64,000 nucleotides of DNA from Lama guanicoe (GCA_013239625.1 MU056000.1:11173175-11237174); one strand, 5' to 3'; numbered from the stretch's first letter, positions 37,612 to 52,070 are shown. Made by a program: numbers and translations. The notes: generated by a model not told the origin, from the letters alone.

Positions 37612-38072
37612 TTACATTTAAAAAATGCTTTATTAAAGAATAATTGATACAATAAACTAAACATATTTCAAGTGTGTAATATGATAAGTTTACCTATGTA
37701 TTCAGCCATGAAGCCATGAGACAGTCAATATAGTGGACACATTCTATCACCCTCAAAAGTTCATTATTTTGTAATCCCTCCTTCCTGCCCCTGCCCAACT
37801 CACCATCCCCAAGTGACAGTTTATTTGCTTAGATGGAATTCCGTAGTATTTACTCGTCTTTTGTCAGCATCTTTCATTCAGTGTGATCATGTTGAGATTC
37901 ATCCATGTCACCGTGTGTCAATAATTTATTCCTTTTACTCCTGAGTAGTATTTCATTGTCCCACAAATTGTTCATCCGTTTATCTGTTGTTGGACACTTG
38001 TATACTAGTATTCGTAACAGCTTTAACAGTCCAAAAGTGAAAACCATCCAAATGTCCATCAACAGTGAATTA
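37612..38072 (-). mobile_element. Old L1 (L1MC-like) 3' end with a short inverted segment
   Basis: Antisense 3' UTR and ORF2 end to about 38000, then a sense L1 piece (ttcgtaacagcttt...aaaccatccaaatgtccatcaacag). Confidence 0.75.
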
Positions 38073-38644
38073 ATGGCATCTTTGAGATGCTCCTGAGTCA
38101 GTGGTTTCCAGACAGAGAGAATCTTGTGTAATCATGGGGAAGTAAATCCCCTCCCACACTTCACTGGCAGAAGGAGAGCACGTGCACCCAGCTGTGCCGT
38201 GGTTGTGTGATAGAACGTCTGGTCCTACTGCCCCCTTGCCTTTGGATGGACCCAGGGCAATGGCAGAGCAAAAGATACTGGAAGCTAATAAGCTCAGTGC
38301 AGATCTTTGAACTCCTGGGGTCTTACATTTCCCTTATTCTTTTCCCATCTGGGGTGTTGACTCTCTCTGATAATCAACACTTTGCATGGACAGAGGGATA
38401 TGCAAAGCTAATATGGGTCAGATAGTTTTTACCACAATCTGGACAAATTTCCTTATGTGGATGTTTGACTTTGGAAAGTAATTTGCTCTTTTTGTTGCTT
38501 TCTTTTCATTAAGCCCTCATGTATATTACTATGCATATACATATATTCCTACACTCATACATCAATTGATGCCCTCCTTTGGTACAGACCCCCATGATAT
38601 GAAAACTATCTTATTTTTTTCTTAGTTTTTTTGCATCTATGAGT

Positions 38645-38940
38645 TGTTTTTTTAAATGAGGTATATAATTGACATATAACATTATATTCATTTCAGATGT
38701 ATCACATAATGATTCAATAGTACACATTGCAAAATGATCACCATAATAAGTCTAGTTAACCTTCGTTCTCATATATTGTTATACATTTTTCATCTGTGAT
38801 GAGAACTTTTAAGATTTATTCTCTTAGCAACTTTCAAATATACACCACAGTATTATTAACTGTCATCCCTATGCTGTACATTACATCCCCATGCTTTATT
38901 TTATCACTGGAAGTTTGTACTCTTCACCCATTTCGCCATT
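38645..38940 (-). mobile_element. L1MA9-like 3' UTR
   Basis: attgcaaaatgatcacca, gtgatgagaacttttaagatttattctcttagcaactttcaaatata. Confidence 0.85.
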
Positions 38941-39284
38941 CTTAGATTGGGTTTTAAAAAGTATCTTTATAACTTGCTGTCCCCTTTGTAATGGGCTTAT
39001 TTGGTTCAATTCTGTATGAAACTTTACAGATAGAAAGTTCTGTCCAATAACAAAATAACTTGGCTGCATGGTTCACTTGAAAATGACAACATAGTTGTCT
39101 ACCCTGTCTTTCAGACAAGGGGTTTTGGCTTGTTTAGAGCTTATTCTCTGTTCTAACACTCACCTGCAACAATTACTTCATTCCTTTCTGTTTCTAAGGA
39201 ACTTTAAAATTTAAACTCTTGAGAGGCAGGAGGGTAGAAGTGGGAGGAGAGGAGGTGTTAGAGATCATAATTAACCCACTAAGT

Positions 39285-39690
39285 TGTTGAATAATGTGAA
39301 CTCAACCTCTCCCAACATACACTCTCTTCACTTATAAAGTGAGGATAATAGTCCTTGTCTCACATCGAGTACAAATTGAAGGTATCAGTGGGGTACGCTT
39401 ACAAAGGTTATGTACAGAGTTAATTTTTTGAGCATTTGCATATGACTTATGGTAGTAATAGTAATACTAATAATAATTAATGAGTAAATACTTCATGTCT
39501 AGAATTATGCTAGTTACTCCCAATTTAATCCTTGCAATACTTGAATGAGGTACCTTTATTATTAACCCATTTTACAGATGAAGAAACTGAGATAAAGAGG
39601 TTAAGGATCTTGCCTAAGGTTGTACTGCTGGAAAGTGGTCACTTATGAATTGAACCCAGATAGTCTGGCTCCAGAACGAAGAACTTGAAA
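39285..39690. mobile_element. Two MIRs tail-to-tail (+ then -)
   Basis: cttataaagtgaggataatag on +; cccattttacagatgaagaaactgag...cttgcctaagg...gaacccagatagtctggctccaga on -. Confidence 0.7.
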
Positions 39691-40409
39691 CAATGCCAAG
39701 GAATCGTTTTCACCAAGTTTAGTTGGAACCAGCCTTGAAAACTGTCTCAAATGCTGCCTCTATGCTATGGCAGGCCTGAATATATACTCCTACATTAATG
39801 AAAATTAAACTCTCCTCTTGGCTGATCTTATTCCTCAAATCATTTTCAGTTGTTTTGCAGCCTTGGAATTGCTGAAAATGTTTAAATATCGTATTGTTGA
39901 TTTAACTTATTTTGTTGTTATGCAGTCCCCCCAAATTCTCTTTCTGTTTTAATGTTAATGGTGTATTACTGTGTGATACTGATGGATGACTGTTGGCCCT
40001 CACACATTGAGACATGGACTGAGAGGCTCAGAGATTTAGATGGCGTTATGGTGAGTGCAGCTGGCAATCCCCTGGTGAAAATATGACTAAGTGACATCCC
40101 CAGAAAACTCAGGAGCCGGGGGTGGCCTGGTTAATTCTAGAATTCACTGAGGATTCATATCACATTTTGAGGAACTTCACTGGACAGAGGTAACTTGCAC
40201 TATGTTTGTTGGTCCAAGTCACAAAACAACCGCAAATTTAGTCTGATCTTCAGGTATTGAGTGGTACAAGTTAAAGTTCTCTGCTGCCATTTCTGATAGC
40301 TCAGAGTCTTTGGAAGTCCTGTACTAAATTTGGTTGGATTAACTTCATGGGAACGAGATGACTTTGTGAAGAAAAGAATTCCAGTTTAGCTATATGACCT
40401 TATGATGAC

Positions 40410-40620
40410 AAGAAAAGTGTCAATGATTAAGATTTTTTAGCACTTATAAATAAATTTCACAAGTAATTGTATTTGATCCTCCCAAATTCTTATGGTTTCA
40501 ATAGGATAAGCATTATTATCTACATTTCCAATGTGAGAAGTAAGACTCAGAATAATCGAACCAATAAATGTTCCACTGTGGACTTAAACACAAACCTCAG
40601 ACACCAAGCCTTCTTAACTG
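40410..40620 (-). mobile_element. MIR fragment
   Basis: atttgatcctcccaaa, attattatctacatttccaatgtgagaagtaagactcaga. Confidence 0.5.
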
Positions 40621-40964
40621 AAGGATCTCTTTTATTTATTGTTCTCTCTCAATACTTAGGGGCAACTGCCAATTTCCATATTGTCTCATAATGTTACCTC
40701 CAAAATCCAAATGGTAGACCACAACAAATTCTAAAATCCAGAAGACAAAGAGGCCAAAATGCTAGAAAGCAATAGAGAAATGGAACACTGAAAAGGGAGT
40801 ATTGAGGATGAATCTAGGGGTGGACGTAGTGAATTAATTAACTTAGTTTGCTCTTTCATGGTATTCCTTCTCAATACTATATAGTGGGCAATGATAAAAA
40901 TCCCAGAAAGAAGACCATTTTTAATCCAATTAGTTTTATTCCAGTGATAGAGGAGGAGGGACTA

Positions 40965-41200
40965 GAGGAGCATTTACATTTATTGGAGTAGTTTGCCACC
41001 TCACTGAATGCTGTATAAACGTTGCATTTCTTCATCTTAGCCACAACTGAAGTAGGCAGTGGTACCTGCATTCTACAGATGAATAAACTTAGAATAAGAA
41101 GTGGAAGTAGGTTGCCTGAGCTCACGCAGCTAAGAGTTTCTATACCAGAATCTGAAACCAGAATGTCCGTTGTTTCTACAGAGCATTCTGCTCTCTAGAG
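40965..41200 (-). mobile_element. MIR fragment
   Basis: catttattggag, gcattctacagatgaataaactta, ttgcctgagctcacgcagctaag. Confidence 0.6.
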
Positions 41201-42912
41201 CCTAGATTAGAGTAAGTGCTGAAAATACCAGTGAGCAACAACACATTATAAATGCTTACCACCAGCACACATTTTTAATGAAAATTTTTATAAAGGAAAT
41301 GTGAACACAAAATGGATAGAATGAATCAGCAGTTTTTGAATGTATACTTCACTGTCCTACTGTTAGCTGCTACTGAATTTAGTTTGCCTTGAACACAATG
41401 ACTATTGATGTGACTGTAATGTATACTGATATGTATTTTCACTAATACTTAAGTCATCCAAGAATTGAAGTTGGTTTTGTAGATCCTATGTGGTGCCTTC
41501 TTTAACACTGTGGCTTTTTTTTTTTTCTTTTTTAGCATTTGTACTGGGGATGAGGGCACTTGTTTGTCAATGAACTCTCCATTTTTAAATCCAGGTGAAA
41601 GAATGTGTGTAAAACCTCCTGGGATGCAGAAAATGAAGAGATCTGTAATGAGATACACGTAAAAGGGCACTAGACTCTGGCTTTAGGCTTTCCATGAAGG
41701 GTTTTCTCTAGTAACATGGCCATTTCTGCATTTTAAAATCTTTCGAACATTCCTGTGGTGATTGTTTTTATCCTGTCTGAACTTTAACTGTTCAGTATTT
41801 ACAGAGCCAAGTGGATCAGGCCCCAGGATGGCTCGAACCTGGCCAATTGAAGGGCCCACATTCCTGTAAGATAAGGTCTCGGTTACCAGCTTCCACATGC
41901 ATTTATGTGAAGGTTATTTTTCCACTTGGGCTCCCTTAGCCACAGTAATTTTCCATGTTTCCCGTCCGCTAGCCTTATGCCCTGTTGCAGACTTCTGCTG
42001 AACGATGAATACCAGCTGAAATGATCTTCCCTGGAAACTATGGAGGAATGACCACTTGAACTCAGACTCTGTAACTGTTTTATTGTCTCAGGCTGTGCTC
42101 ATCCGAGTCTCAGCCAAGTCAATTTCAACTTTTTTGGGAGCCAGATTTGCTTTTACGCTTTTAGGAAAATGGCCATATTTTCATTTCCTTTCATGACATA
42201 CTTACTTTCTTTTTATTGCAGTGCATGTATACTTTGACATTGGAAATCTAACAAGACTTTCTTATTGGTTGCTCAAATAGCTTACTACTGGTTCAAGTCA
42301 TTATGTGGACAAGTCTTATAGTTATAAAAGCTATACGTAGACCTGGGGAACAATAGAATAGCAAAGGAAAATTCATGTTATAAGGTCCTGAGAATAAAAC
42401 AGAAGAAAAGAGGCTATCACATTTTGGTAGGATAACTCTAAGTTTACTGGTTAAACTTGTCTCCACTCTCCTGTTCATGTGCTTGAGCAGGTATTTATTT
42501 CTGGTAATGTATAGACATCCAAAGGTGTTCTCATGGCTTGGCTTTTTAAATATTTATCTTACAAAGGTGTAACTGCAGCAGACTGCTGGGGTGTCATCTA
42601 GGCAAGACTACACAAAAAAAGGTGCCAAATGGGTTGAACTCTGAGAGTCTGAGGTCAAATATTTATAGGTTCTACTTAGCCCTCTATAATCTTCTCCCTG
42701 TGTGCTTCCACTTTGTGCAAAGCTGGGACCAATTCAGTCCTCCCTGTAGCATTAGCTTGACGTGGTCTCCAGGGCCAATCTTGACTTTGGCCAGAAGGCT
42801 TTAAGGAGCTGCAACAGAGTTCTTTGGGCTTTCACCAAATGACCCCTATTTTTATCTGGTCCTGACCTTGTGTCCAGGCGTGAGAAGTGGCCTGCTGCCT
42901 GATTCCAAGACT

Positions 42913-44218
42913 GAAAAGCCACAGGAAAGAAGACAGTGTATGTTAATATAAAGACAGGCAAATAGACCAGTAGAATAGAAAAAAGTCTAGAAATACAAAT
43001 AGAAAAAAGTCTTTAAAAGTCTACAAAATTGATTTTTGAGAAATGGGCAAAGCCAGTTAATTCAATGAAGAAAGGATAGTCTTTATGACAAATGATACTG
43101 AAACAATTGGACAGTTACGTGCAACAAAATTAATCCCAACAGTTACTTCACACTATATATAAACAATAACTCAAAATGGATTGTAGACCAAAATTGAAGA
43201 CTTAAGACAAACAAACAGACAAAACAAAACTTTTAAAAGAGAACACAGGAGAAAATCTTAGTGACCTTGGGTTTGCCAAGACTTATTAAATAAGAAACAA
43301 AAAGCCCAAATGACAAAAGAAAAAAAATCAATACATTAGATTCTATTAAACTTAAAACATTTTGCTTTTGAAAAGCCATTATTAAGGAAAAAATGCAGGG
43401 CACAGACTGGACATAGATATTTGCAATATATAGATCTAACGAGGACTTGATTCTGGAATATATAAAGAATTCTTATAACTCAATAATAAAAAGGTCAAAA
43501 CCCCAATAAAAAAATGGGCAAAACATTTTACAGACATTTTACTAAAGAAGATGGGTGAGAATCAAAAAGGTACATGAGGAAATGCTCAGTATCACCAATC
43601 ATTAGAGAAATGCTAATTAAAACTGCAGTGAGTCATCACTACAGACCTCTTAGAGTGGCTAAAATTAAAAAGTTTAAAAGGACTGATATATAAAGTACAG
43701 GTGAGGGTGTAGAACAAATGTTAACGTTCACTGCTGAGGGGAATGTACAATGGTATATAACCAATTTAGAAAACAATTTAATAGTTTCTTAAGAAGTTAA
43801 ACGTACTCCTACCGTGGAATCCAGCCATTCTGCTTTTAAGTACTTGTCCAACATAAATGAAGTATAAGTTCCATACAAAGGCTTGTGCACAAATGTTCAT
43901 AGCTGCTTTATTTATAATAGCACAGAGCTGGAAATAACTCAAATGTTCATCGATAGTTTGGTGGACAAATTGTGAAATATCCATACAGTGGAAAACTATT
44001 CAAGAAAAATAAACTATTGATGCATGCACCGACATGGATGGATCTCAAAATAATCATACTGAGAGAAAGAAACCAGACAATAACATACTCTATAAAGTTC
44101 TAGAAAATGTAAACTAATCTTAGTGACCAAAAACAGATCATTGATTGCCTGGGGACACTGAGATGTGGGGAGAGGGGAGATAAAGATTGCCAAGAGGCAC
44201 AAGGAAACTTTGAAAGGA
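42913..44218 (+). mobile_element. Old L1 (L1MB/MC-like), 3' ORF2 plus 3' UTR
   Basis: Continuous degenerate ORF2 (aactcaaaatggattgtagacc, aaatgggcaaaacattt, aatgttcatagctgctttatttataatag) with many stops. Confidence 0.9.
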
Positions 44219-47200
44219 AACTAATGAAAGTTAAAAGGAAGTGGACTGTGATCCCCTTTCTACCTGGCATCTCATTTCTAAGAAATACGCTCTCCAAGGC
44301 TGAGATCCTGTCTCAGCATTGTGTCTGGTACCTATTAACTATAGGACCTGCTTCGGTCTTTCCTCCAGTTTAATGGTCTATACATTCTTACAAATTTTCT
44401 CATGTCTGTCTGTTTCTATTTTTGAGTTTTGCCTACTACTGGATTCTTTCCAGCTGTGCTTTCTCTCCCCATTGGGCTATCCTGTTATTTCATATCTTGC
44501 TCTCATCAGCTCTGCCAGCATACGTAACAGTGTACTTTCACCTTGCTCTCTAAAGTAATGTTTACCAGGCCACATTTTATTTCACTCATTGAACTTGAAA
44601 TGCTCTCATTATTCATTTGGTCCCATCCTCAAACTTAACCATCTTCAGTTGCTGAATCGTTTCCTGATAGTGGCCCCTAAAGTCTGACTGGTTCTTTACG
44701 ACACGGCTGTGGTCAGAATTTAAGAATATGTTGTAGTCATGCACCGTTTTGCTAACTGGTGCTGGAATGTTGCGGCCCCATGCAAAATCTTTAAGTAGGG
44801 GAGGATTAGTCTCTACAGCTTAAGTTTTCTTCTATATTTGATACTCAAGACCTAACCCAGACCTGAATTCTTGTTTCACAAGAATTATTAGGAATGGAAC
44901 TTTGCATTTGTTTTATTTCCCTTTGCTATTATTACTGTATTTGCCTCCATTTCCCCTCATCTGTGTGCATTTCTTCTTTCTTTTACATCAGTCTGAAATC
45001 TAAATGCCAACCCATCTTCTTATCATAGTGGACTTGTCTACAAATCTTTCTTTTCATTTAACGTTTTGCTCTGTCCACCTTGGTACCCATGCGTACGCCT
45101 ATGTTTCTGTTTTCCCTCATTCGGTCCTTGTTCGTGAGTCTCTCTCTTTTGTTCACTTCTGATTTTCTCTAGTTTCTTTGATTAGGATAAAAACACCTGC
45201 ATCTTCAAATGACTGGGTAAAAAGTGGTAACTCATCTACTTCAGGTTAGCAAGTTTTTCTACGTGACCCGAATGTAGGGCTGCTTCTCTGAAGCACTAAT
45301 TGCCTTGATAGCGAAGGAGTTTTGCCATCCTCTGACCAGCTCTTTTCTAGCCATGTAGACGCAGTCCCACTGAGAGACCACTCTGTGCAGCAGTCACTCT
45401 GGTAGCGTCTACGTTCCTTTTGGTCTTGTCTTCTCTCCCGCTTTTGATCACACTTCCTCCAGTGTAAAGGATTTGCTCAAGCCTTGGGCCAACAGCTCAG
45501 CCTCCTGCTTCATGAACAACTTTATAAGCCTGTTTCATTCTGGATTTGGAAGGTTGTGCTAATACCCACAGGAAATAAATGCCTTAAGATTTCATTTAAA
45601 TTCCAGTTTATCTGAAATTGCTGATAACCTTTATTCAGATTCCATTGTCAAAGATTTCTGACCCACGGGCTCGATTTCCCTGATAGGAATTACCTTTCTG
45701 GATGAGAAGGTTATCAAAATTTTCCAAGTAACTTTGCCCCTCATCCATCTGGCACAGTGTGTTGTAGGACTCCTTAGGCTCCTGAGGAACATAATTAAAC
45801 TTAAAGAAGGTGTGCTGTGCAAGCTAATGGCAAATTAAAATAAACAAACACAAGATGAAACATGAAGCAGTTTCAACTTCTCCAAAGTGTCACCTCTAGT
45901 AGAAAAAGTTCATGGGATTAAAAAAGTCTCATTTTACCCACGTGTCCTCACTGCCTTTTCCTGCAGCGAGGGCATCGCTTCCTTTTGCGGGTTTTCTGCA
46001 CAGAAGCTGCCAGAAATGACGTGGACCTTCAGTTCTCCTGGCTTGGCATGACCAAACCCTTTTCACTTTTCCTCAGCATGGTATCTATTTACAGAAACTT
46101 GCCCATTTACTGAAAACATGAATGACTTTGGTTCGAACTCGGAAAACCAATGAACGTCATTTAGCAGCACTGAACCTGTCAACACATGGGAATGAGGTGT
46201 GTGGTCATGCAGATGTCCCGTGTACCTCACGTGAGTCACACACACCAAACAGTGAACTAATTAGACTTAAGTAAACTGGCTTTCATTCCCACGGACAGTG
46301 GAACCTTTCTCTATTTCTTAGAGAAGAGTTTATTTTTATTCTAGGGCAAGGGTCTGTAACTCCTTGGAATATGTCAGACTGGTTCTCAAATCAGGCCAGA
46401 TGAAACTGGCAATTCACAGATGGTTACCTTGATGTGTCAATGGTAGGGAATTTAATTAGGCTCATTTATATCATTGAGAACGAAGGCTGGGAATCCATTT
46501 GTGCAAGGATGAAATTAAAAGAGAATCATCTGCCTCTTAATTCTATATATGAGGAAAATTTATAAAACAGCAACAAACCCCAGAACTGTTCTTTAGCAAT
46601 CTGCTTACCACCAGCCATAAACTGGCTTTCTTATAGTTTGAAAGCCTGATGCATATTCAGGAGCCGTCTCTCTATTTTAATATTCTGGATGTCTATTACT
46701 TATGGCTCATTTTTATCTTGAATTTAATACCTGAAGGATTCAAGGTTATTTAAAAGATTCAAAACCTCTAACTATTCCCGAAAGCTTTTAATTTCTCAGA
46801 CAGAAAACTTCCTGATTAGAAAAACGGGCGCCTGCTTGGCTCCTTGGAACCCTGAACTATAAGAGATATTGTCTGAGATTTTTTGATGGCTTTTCTCTGT
46901 GTGTATTAGAAGCCTAGGGCTTAACATTTCACTTTTGATTTTTTTAAAAAATGGCATCCTGTTTACATGCTAGAAAATTTCTCAGAATGTGGCTCAAATG
47001 GATCTGACTGTGAGCTGAGGCACAGCTAATTGGGCATGGCATGTGTAGAGCACCTGGCTTCAGAAACACCCACGTTCCTGGTGTGGCTGTACTAAGATGG
47101 TTACTGATGTCAGCACACATTTTAGTCTGAGTCACATTTGAGCATCCTATGTCAACCAGTCCAAGGTGTGGAAACAAGCAGAGGCTATATTTCTTCATGT

Positions 47201-47469
47201 GGTACCAGAATTGATATGGAAATAAATATAACTTCAACTAAATTAATTAGCACGTCCATACGTGCGGTATATAATCAGCAAAGAGGCTGCAGTAAAATGC
47301 CTTTATAAACAGACTGTGGCTGATCAGTGTGCCTGAAAGTTGTGGTTGCAGTGTGCCTGAGCTAGTTGTTTTTCCATGAATTCAGACATCCACCATTCCC
47401 CATGGTCTTGGGGGCACCACAGAGTCTACTTTTGAGACTTGGAATCTTGGAACACGGAAACTGAGAGAG

Positions 47470-47610
47470 ACCTAAGTGCCTATTAGACCAACTCACTCAT
47501 TTTATAGATGTAGGAACTGTATTCCCAGAAGGTGAATGACTTACAAATCTGGCATCTCACAAAGCCTTGACCAAGACTCGGGTCATTTGACCGCGTCCTT
47601 TGCTGCAGCC
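47470..47610 (-). mobile_element. MIR fragment
   Basis: ctcattttatagatgtaggaactg, gtgaatgactta. Confidence 0.55.
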
Positions 47611-49096
47611 AGTAACACTGTCAGTGTAGCTGGAGTGCTCCGCTCTGTACAAAGTATGTTGCCATCACCAGGACTAAGTGCTGTTCGAGCCCTTAATCTT
47701 GATGTTCAGAATCATTTTTGTGTAGAAGTGAGTTTATAATTCTTATTTTGCTCAAAATTCTATAAACATTTTATAGAAAAAAAAAACCAACCTTTTTTGT
47801 TTATGTGCTTAGCCGAGTTTACAGTCATTTGGAAATTTTAGCTTTCGGTTTGCAGTAGAAACTAGAATTCTAGATTCTATATAGAGAAACAGATGGTTTC
47901 ACAATATATGCTAAAGACTTAAATTTTTAGATCTAGTTAGAAATATATTTTGAGACATTGTAAATGGATAAGTTCATGTAAATCACATGTCAAATTGCAA
48001 TATAACATTGGTAAACAGTAAGGATGCACATACACACACATATAGTTGTTATTATAGTAAAGAAAAATTGGAGCTGAACTGTAAACAATGAATATCTAAT
48101 AGATGTGTCAAGTTTGAAAAAAATAGCAAATCTAGTGTATGGGACAATCAGTTTTAATTAGGAAACGGTCATGTGTCCCACCAAACTCATTTTATATAGA
48201 ATTATCAGTATTGAGCTCTCTGGGAATTGCTTACATGAAGGGTAGACTATACATTGTATATAGCAGAATCAGATGCAGTCAGAAAAATAGGCTAAAGTGA
48301 CATTATAAAAATGGAAATGAGAAAGATCCCATTCGTAATCATGTGAGGAAAAAGCCATGAAATACCTAGGAATGAATTTAATGAGAAAGACTCTGTGAAG
48401 AGAACTATAAAATTATATTGAAACATATAAAACAAAACCCAAATAAATGGAAAGACAGACCATGTTCTGGATAAGAAGGCAATATCATAAAAATGTCACT
48501 TCTTTTGAAATTAACATATAAATTTAATGTAGTCTCAATCAGAATATTTTTTTCCTCTTTGGAACACGTAAGTGATCCTAAAGTGTATGTGGAAGAATAA
48601 ACACAGGAAGAATGCCAAGAAAACCTCGAAATGGAGCAACAGCAAAGGGGCTTGTCCTACTAGATATGAAAACTTAATATAAAGCTACTTTAAGCAAAGT
48701 GGTATAGTACTGGCCTGCAATAAACAAACAATTTTAGAGGACAAACAGAGGTCATTTAACATATAATTAAAGATGGCATTATAAATCAGTGAATAATTTA
48801 TGTGTTATTCAGTTAATAATATTGAAAGAATTGGGTGTACTTTTGGAAGAGTTTACAATTTTATTCCTTCATCATTATATAATAACAAATTACAGATGAA
48901 TGAAAAATCTGAATGCTAAAAAGTAAGACCACAATAGTTTTGGAAAACACCAGAGAATATTTGTGTAATCATCATGTAGTGATTGTTTTTAAGCAAGACT
49001 AAAACCATAAAAATATAAAGAAAAAAATGACACATTTGATTTCATGAAATTTAAAAACATATGTGAGGCAAAGACTTTTTGAAGTGTGTAGTGTAA

Positions 49097-49612
49097 AAGG
49101 TAGTGGACATTTTAAATGTTTACTCACTGGCCACCAACTTTTAAATGTCATTCAGATGTTTGGGGAATTATCTCCTTTATAATTTATCCTTCTTAAAATA
49201 GAAGCCAGAAATCCAATTTCCCAGCCTCCCTTGCAGCTCTTGTTGAGACTGGCCTCCTGACTCAGGTGCAGCCATTCTAATTTCGGATTCAAAAAAGCAA
49301 GATGTGGAGAAGGGGCCTCATGAAATTATGTTGAGAGCGTCAGAGAAGCATCCAGCTGTTGTCAGTGACATCTGTACATTGGGGCTTGGAAAAGAGCAGA
49401 GTGTCTAATGTAACAATGCCCCAGCTTAATTTGGACATTTCCCCTAGCTTTGTAGATCAGCTACAGAGATCAGCTGTTTGTTTCTTCTTGGAACTTCTGT
49501 GATCTATCTAATACTCTTTAATAAGTTATTTTTCAGCTAAAACCAGGAGTTTTTGTGTTTTGTGTTTTGTGTAGGAGTGAATTGTGTTTGCAACCAAGAA
49601 TTATGACTGAGT
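49097..49612 (+). mobile_element. ERVL LTR, LTR33-like
   Basis: tttcccagcctcccttgcagct, ctttaataagttatttttcagctaaa, ttgcaaccaagaattatgactga. Confidence 0.65.
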
Positions 49613-49697
49613 TACTTCCAAAAAAGGTCAAAAGACACATGATAGTCTGGGAGAACGTTACAAACCAAATAACAAAGGATCAAAAATATGTAAATGA

Positions 49698-50785
49698 TGC
49701 ACAGCAAAGGAAACCATAAATAAAACAAAACAACAACCTACGGAATGGGAGAAAATTTTTGCAAATGATGAAACTGACAGAGGCTTGTTCTCCAGAATAT
49801 ATAAGCAGCTCATAGGACATAATAAGAAAAAAACAAACAACCCAATCCAAAAATGGGCAGAAGACCTAAACAAGCAATTCTCCGAGGAAGACATACACAT
49901 GATCAATAGGCACATGAAAAAATGCTGAATATCACTAATTATCAGAGAGATGCAAATCAAAACTACAATGAGGTATCACCTCATACCAGTCAGAATGGCC
50001 ATCATTCAAAAGTCCACAAATGACAAATGCTGGAGAGGCTGTGGAGAAAGGGGAACCCTCCTACACTGCTGGTGGGTATGCAGTTTGGTGCAGCCACTAT
50101 GGAAAACAGTGTGGAGATTCCTCAAAAGACTAGGAATAGACTTACCATATGACCCAGGAATCCCACTCCTGGGCATATATCTGGAGGGAACTCTAATTGG
50201 AAAAGATACATGCACCCCAATGTTCAAAGCAGCACTATTTACCATAGCCAAGACAAGGAAACAGCCCAAATGTCCATCAACAGATGACTGGATAAAGAAC
50301 ATTTGGTCTATTTATACAATGGAATACTATTCAGCCAGAAAAACGACAACATAACGCCATTTGCAGCAGCATGGATGTTCCTGGAGAATGTCATTCTAAG
50401 TGTAGTAAGCCAGAAAGAGAAATAAAAATACCATATGAGTTCTCTTATATGTGGAATCTAAAAACAAAATATAAATACAAAACAGAAACAGACTCATAGA
50501 CATAGAATACAAACTTGTGGTTGTCAAGGGGGCAGGGAGGTGGGAAGGGACAGACTGGGATTTCAAAATTGTAGATACTGACAGGCATATGTAGAGTAGA
50601 TAAAAAGATAAACAATACTGTATAGCACAGGGAAATATATACAAGATCTTATGGTAGCTCACAACAAAAAATAAAATATGACAGTGAATATATATGTATG
50701 TTCATGTATAACTGAAAAATTGTGCTCTACACTGGAATTTGACACAACATTGTAAAATGACTATAAATCAATTAAAAAATCTTTA
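49698..50785 (+). mobile_element. Young 5'-truncated L1, about 1.09 kb
   Basis: ORF2 peptide [42 protein letters not shown] (49950..50354); perfect 16-bp TSD aaaaatatgtaaatga (49682-49697, 50786-50801); same 3' UTR type as 17659-18335. Confidence 0.95.
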
Positions 50786-51489
50786 AAAAATATGTAAATG
50801 ACATAAGCAGGCAATCCGCTAAACAATAAAGTGCAAATAAAAAGCTGCATCACCTCCTGGATAATACAGGAAACAATAATAAAACCACAAGTTTCACCAT
50901 CACATTTGTTAAAACTTAAAACGTGGTTAGAATTCAGGGCTTGTAAGAATGTATGAAAATAGCTACTCATACCCGGCTGGGAGGAAGGTATGCTTGTGAC
51001 CTTGTGACACTTTATACAGTGCAAATGTGAACACTCATTGATCTGTTCGCTTCATTTATACAGACTTATTCAAAAACAAAAACATTCAATTTTTAAGATA
51101 GGCAAACACAAACACACAAAAATAGAAACGAGAACATTCATCGCAGTTTCTTTGGAAAAGGAAACATCTGGAAACAGCTGAAATGATCATCAGGAGAAAG
51201 ATGGTGTGAGGGGGGATATACTCCTGTCGTTTGGGATTCTTCAGCAGGTTACAGTGGGTCTGTTTGTATCAGCTTGGAAGACTGTTCTTAATATATTTTT
51301 AAATGAAAATGTCAAGTAACATGTTCTCCCAATATAAAAGATTTTATGTGTGAATGTATTTTGTAAGAAAAGTTAATATTATAGAAGTTATGCACCAAAT
51401 TGTGACTGCTATGGAGGTGATTTTGGATGTGGGAGGGAGAAACTCTAAGCTTTACTTTCGATGTTTCTGTATAGTTTACATTTGACAAA

Positions 51490-51888
51490 TTTTTTTTAAA
51501 TTGTAGTATAGTCAGTTACAGTGTATCAATTTCTGTTATACGGCATAACGTCCCAGTCATACATGTACATACATAGAGTCGTTTTCATATTCTTTTTCAT
51601 TATACATTACTATAAGATATTGAGTATAGTTCCCTGTGGTATACAGAATAAATTTGTTTTTTAATCTGTTTTATGTATAGTGTTAATATTTGCACATCTC
51701 AAACTCTCAATTTATCCCTTCCCACCCCCTTTCCACCCAGGAAACTGTAAAATTGTTTACTATGTCTGCAAGTCTGTTTCTGTTTTGTAGATAAGTTCAT
51801 TTAGTGTCTCTTTTTTCCCCTTTTGTTAGTCACCATATGTTAGTGATATCATATAGTATTTTACTTTCTCTTTCTGGCTTACTTCACA
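51490..51888 (-). mobile_element. L1 3' UTR fragment, same type as 18535-19200
   Basis: gttttcatattctttttcattata, tctttctggcttacttcac. Confidence 0.85.
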
Positions 51889-52070
51889 ATTGCTTTTATA
51901 ATCCAAATGATGCTGAAAAATGCATGATAGTGAAATCCTGTACCACCAGCACAGTTTCACCCAACAGCATATTGTATGTAAACTGGAGAGGTGAAGTCCT
52001 CCACTCTCCTTTCCCTGCTCTAACAGCTCAGGGTCTAGCAACAGTAAGGCAGGTTGAAGAATTTTCTTTT

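Larger units (their letters stand above)
47790..51480 (+). mobile_element. Old L1ME-like element interrupted by an LTR and a young L1
   Basis: aaatacctaggaatgaatttaa, aaataaatggaaagacagaccatgttc; resumes after both inserts (aaaccacaagtttcaccatcac, aacattcatcgcag). Confidence 0.7.

Noticed and set aside
42974..43012. 15-bp direct repeat aatagaaaaaagtct
   Set aside because: Local slippage duplication inside a dead L1; no inserted element.
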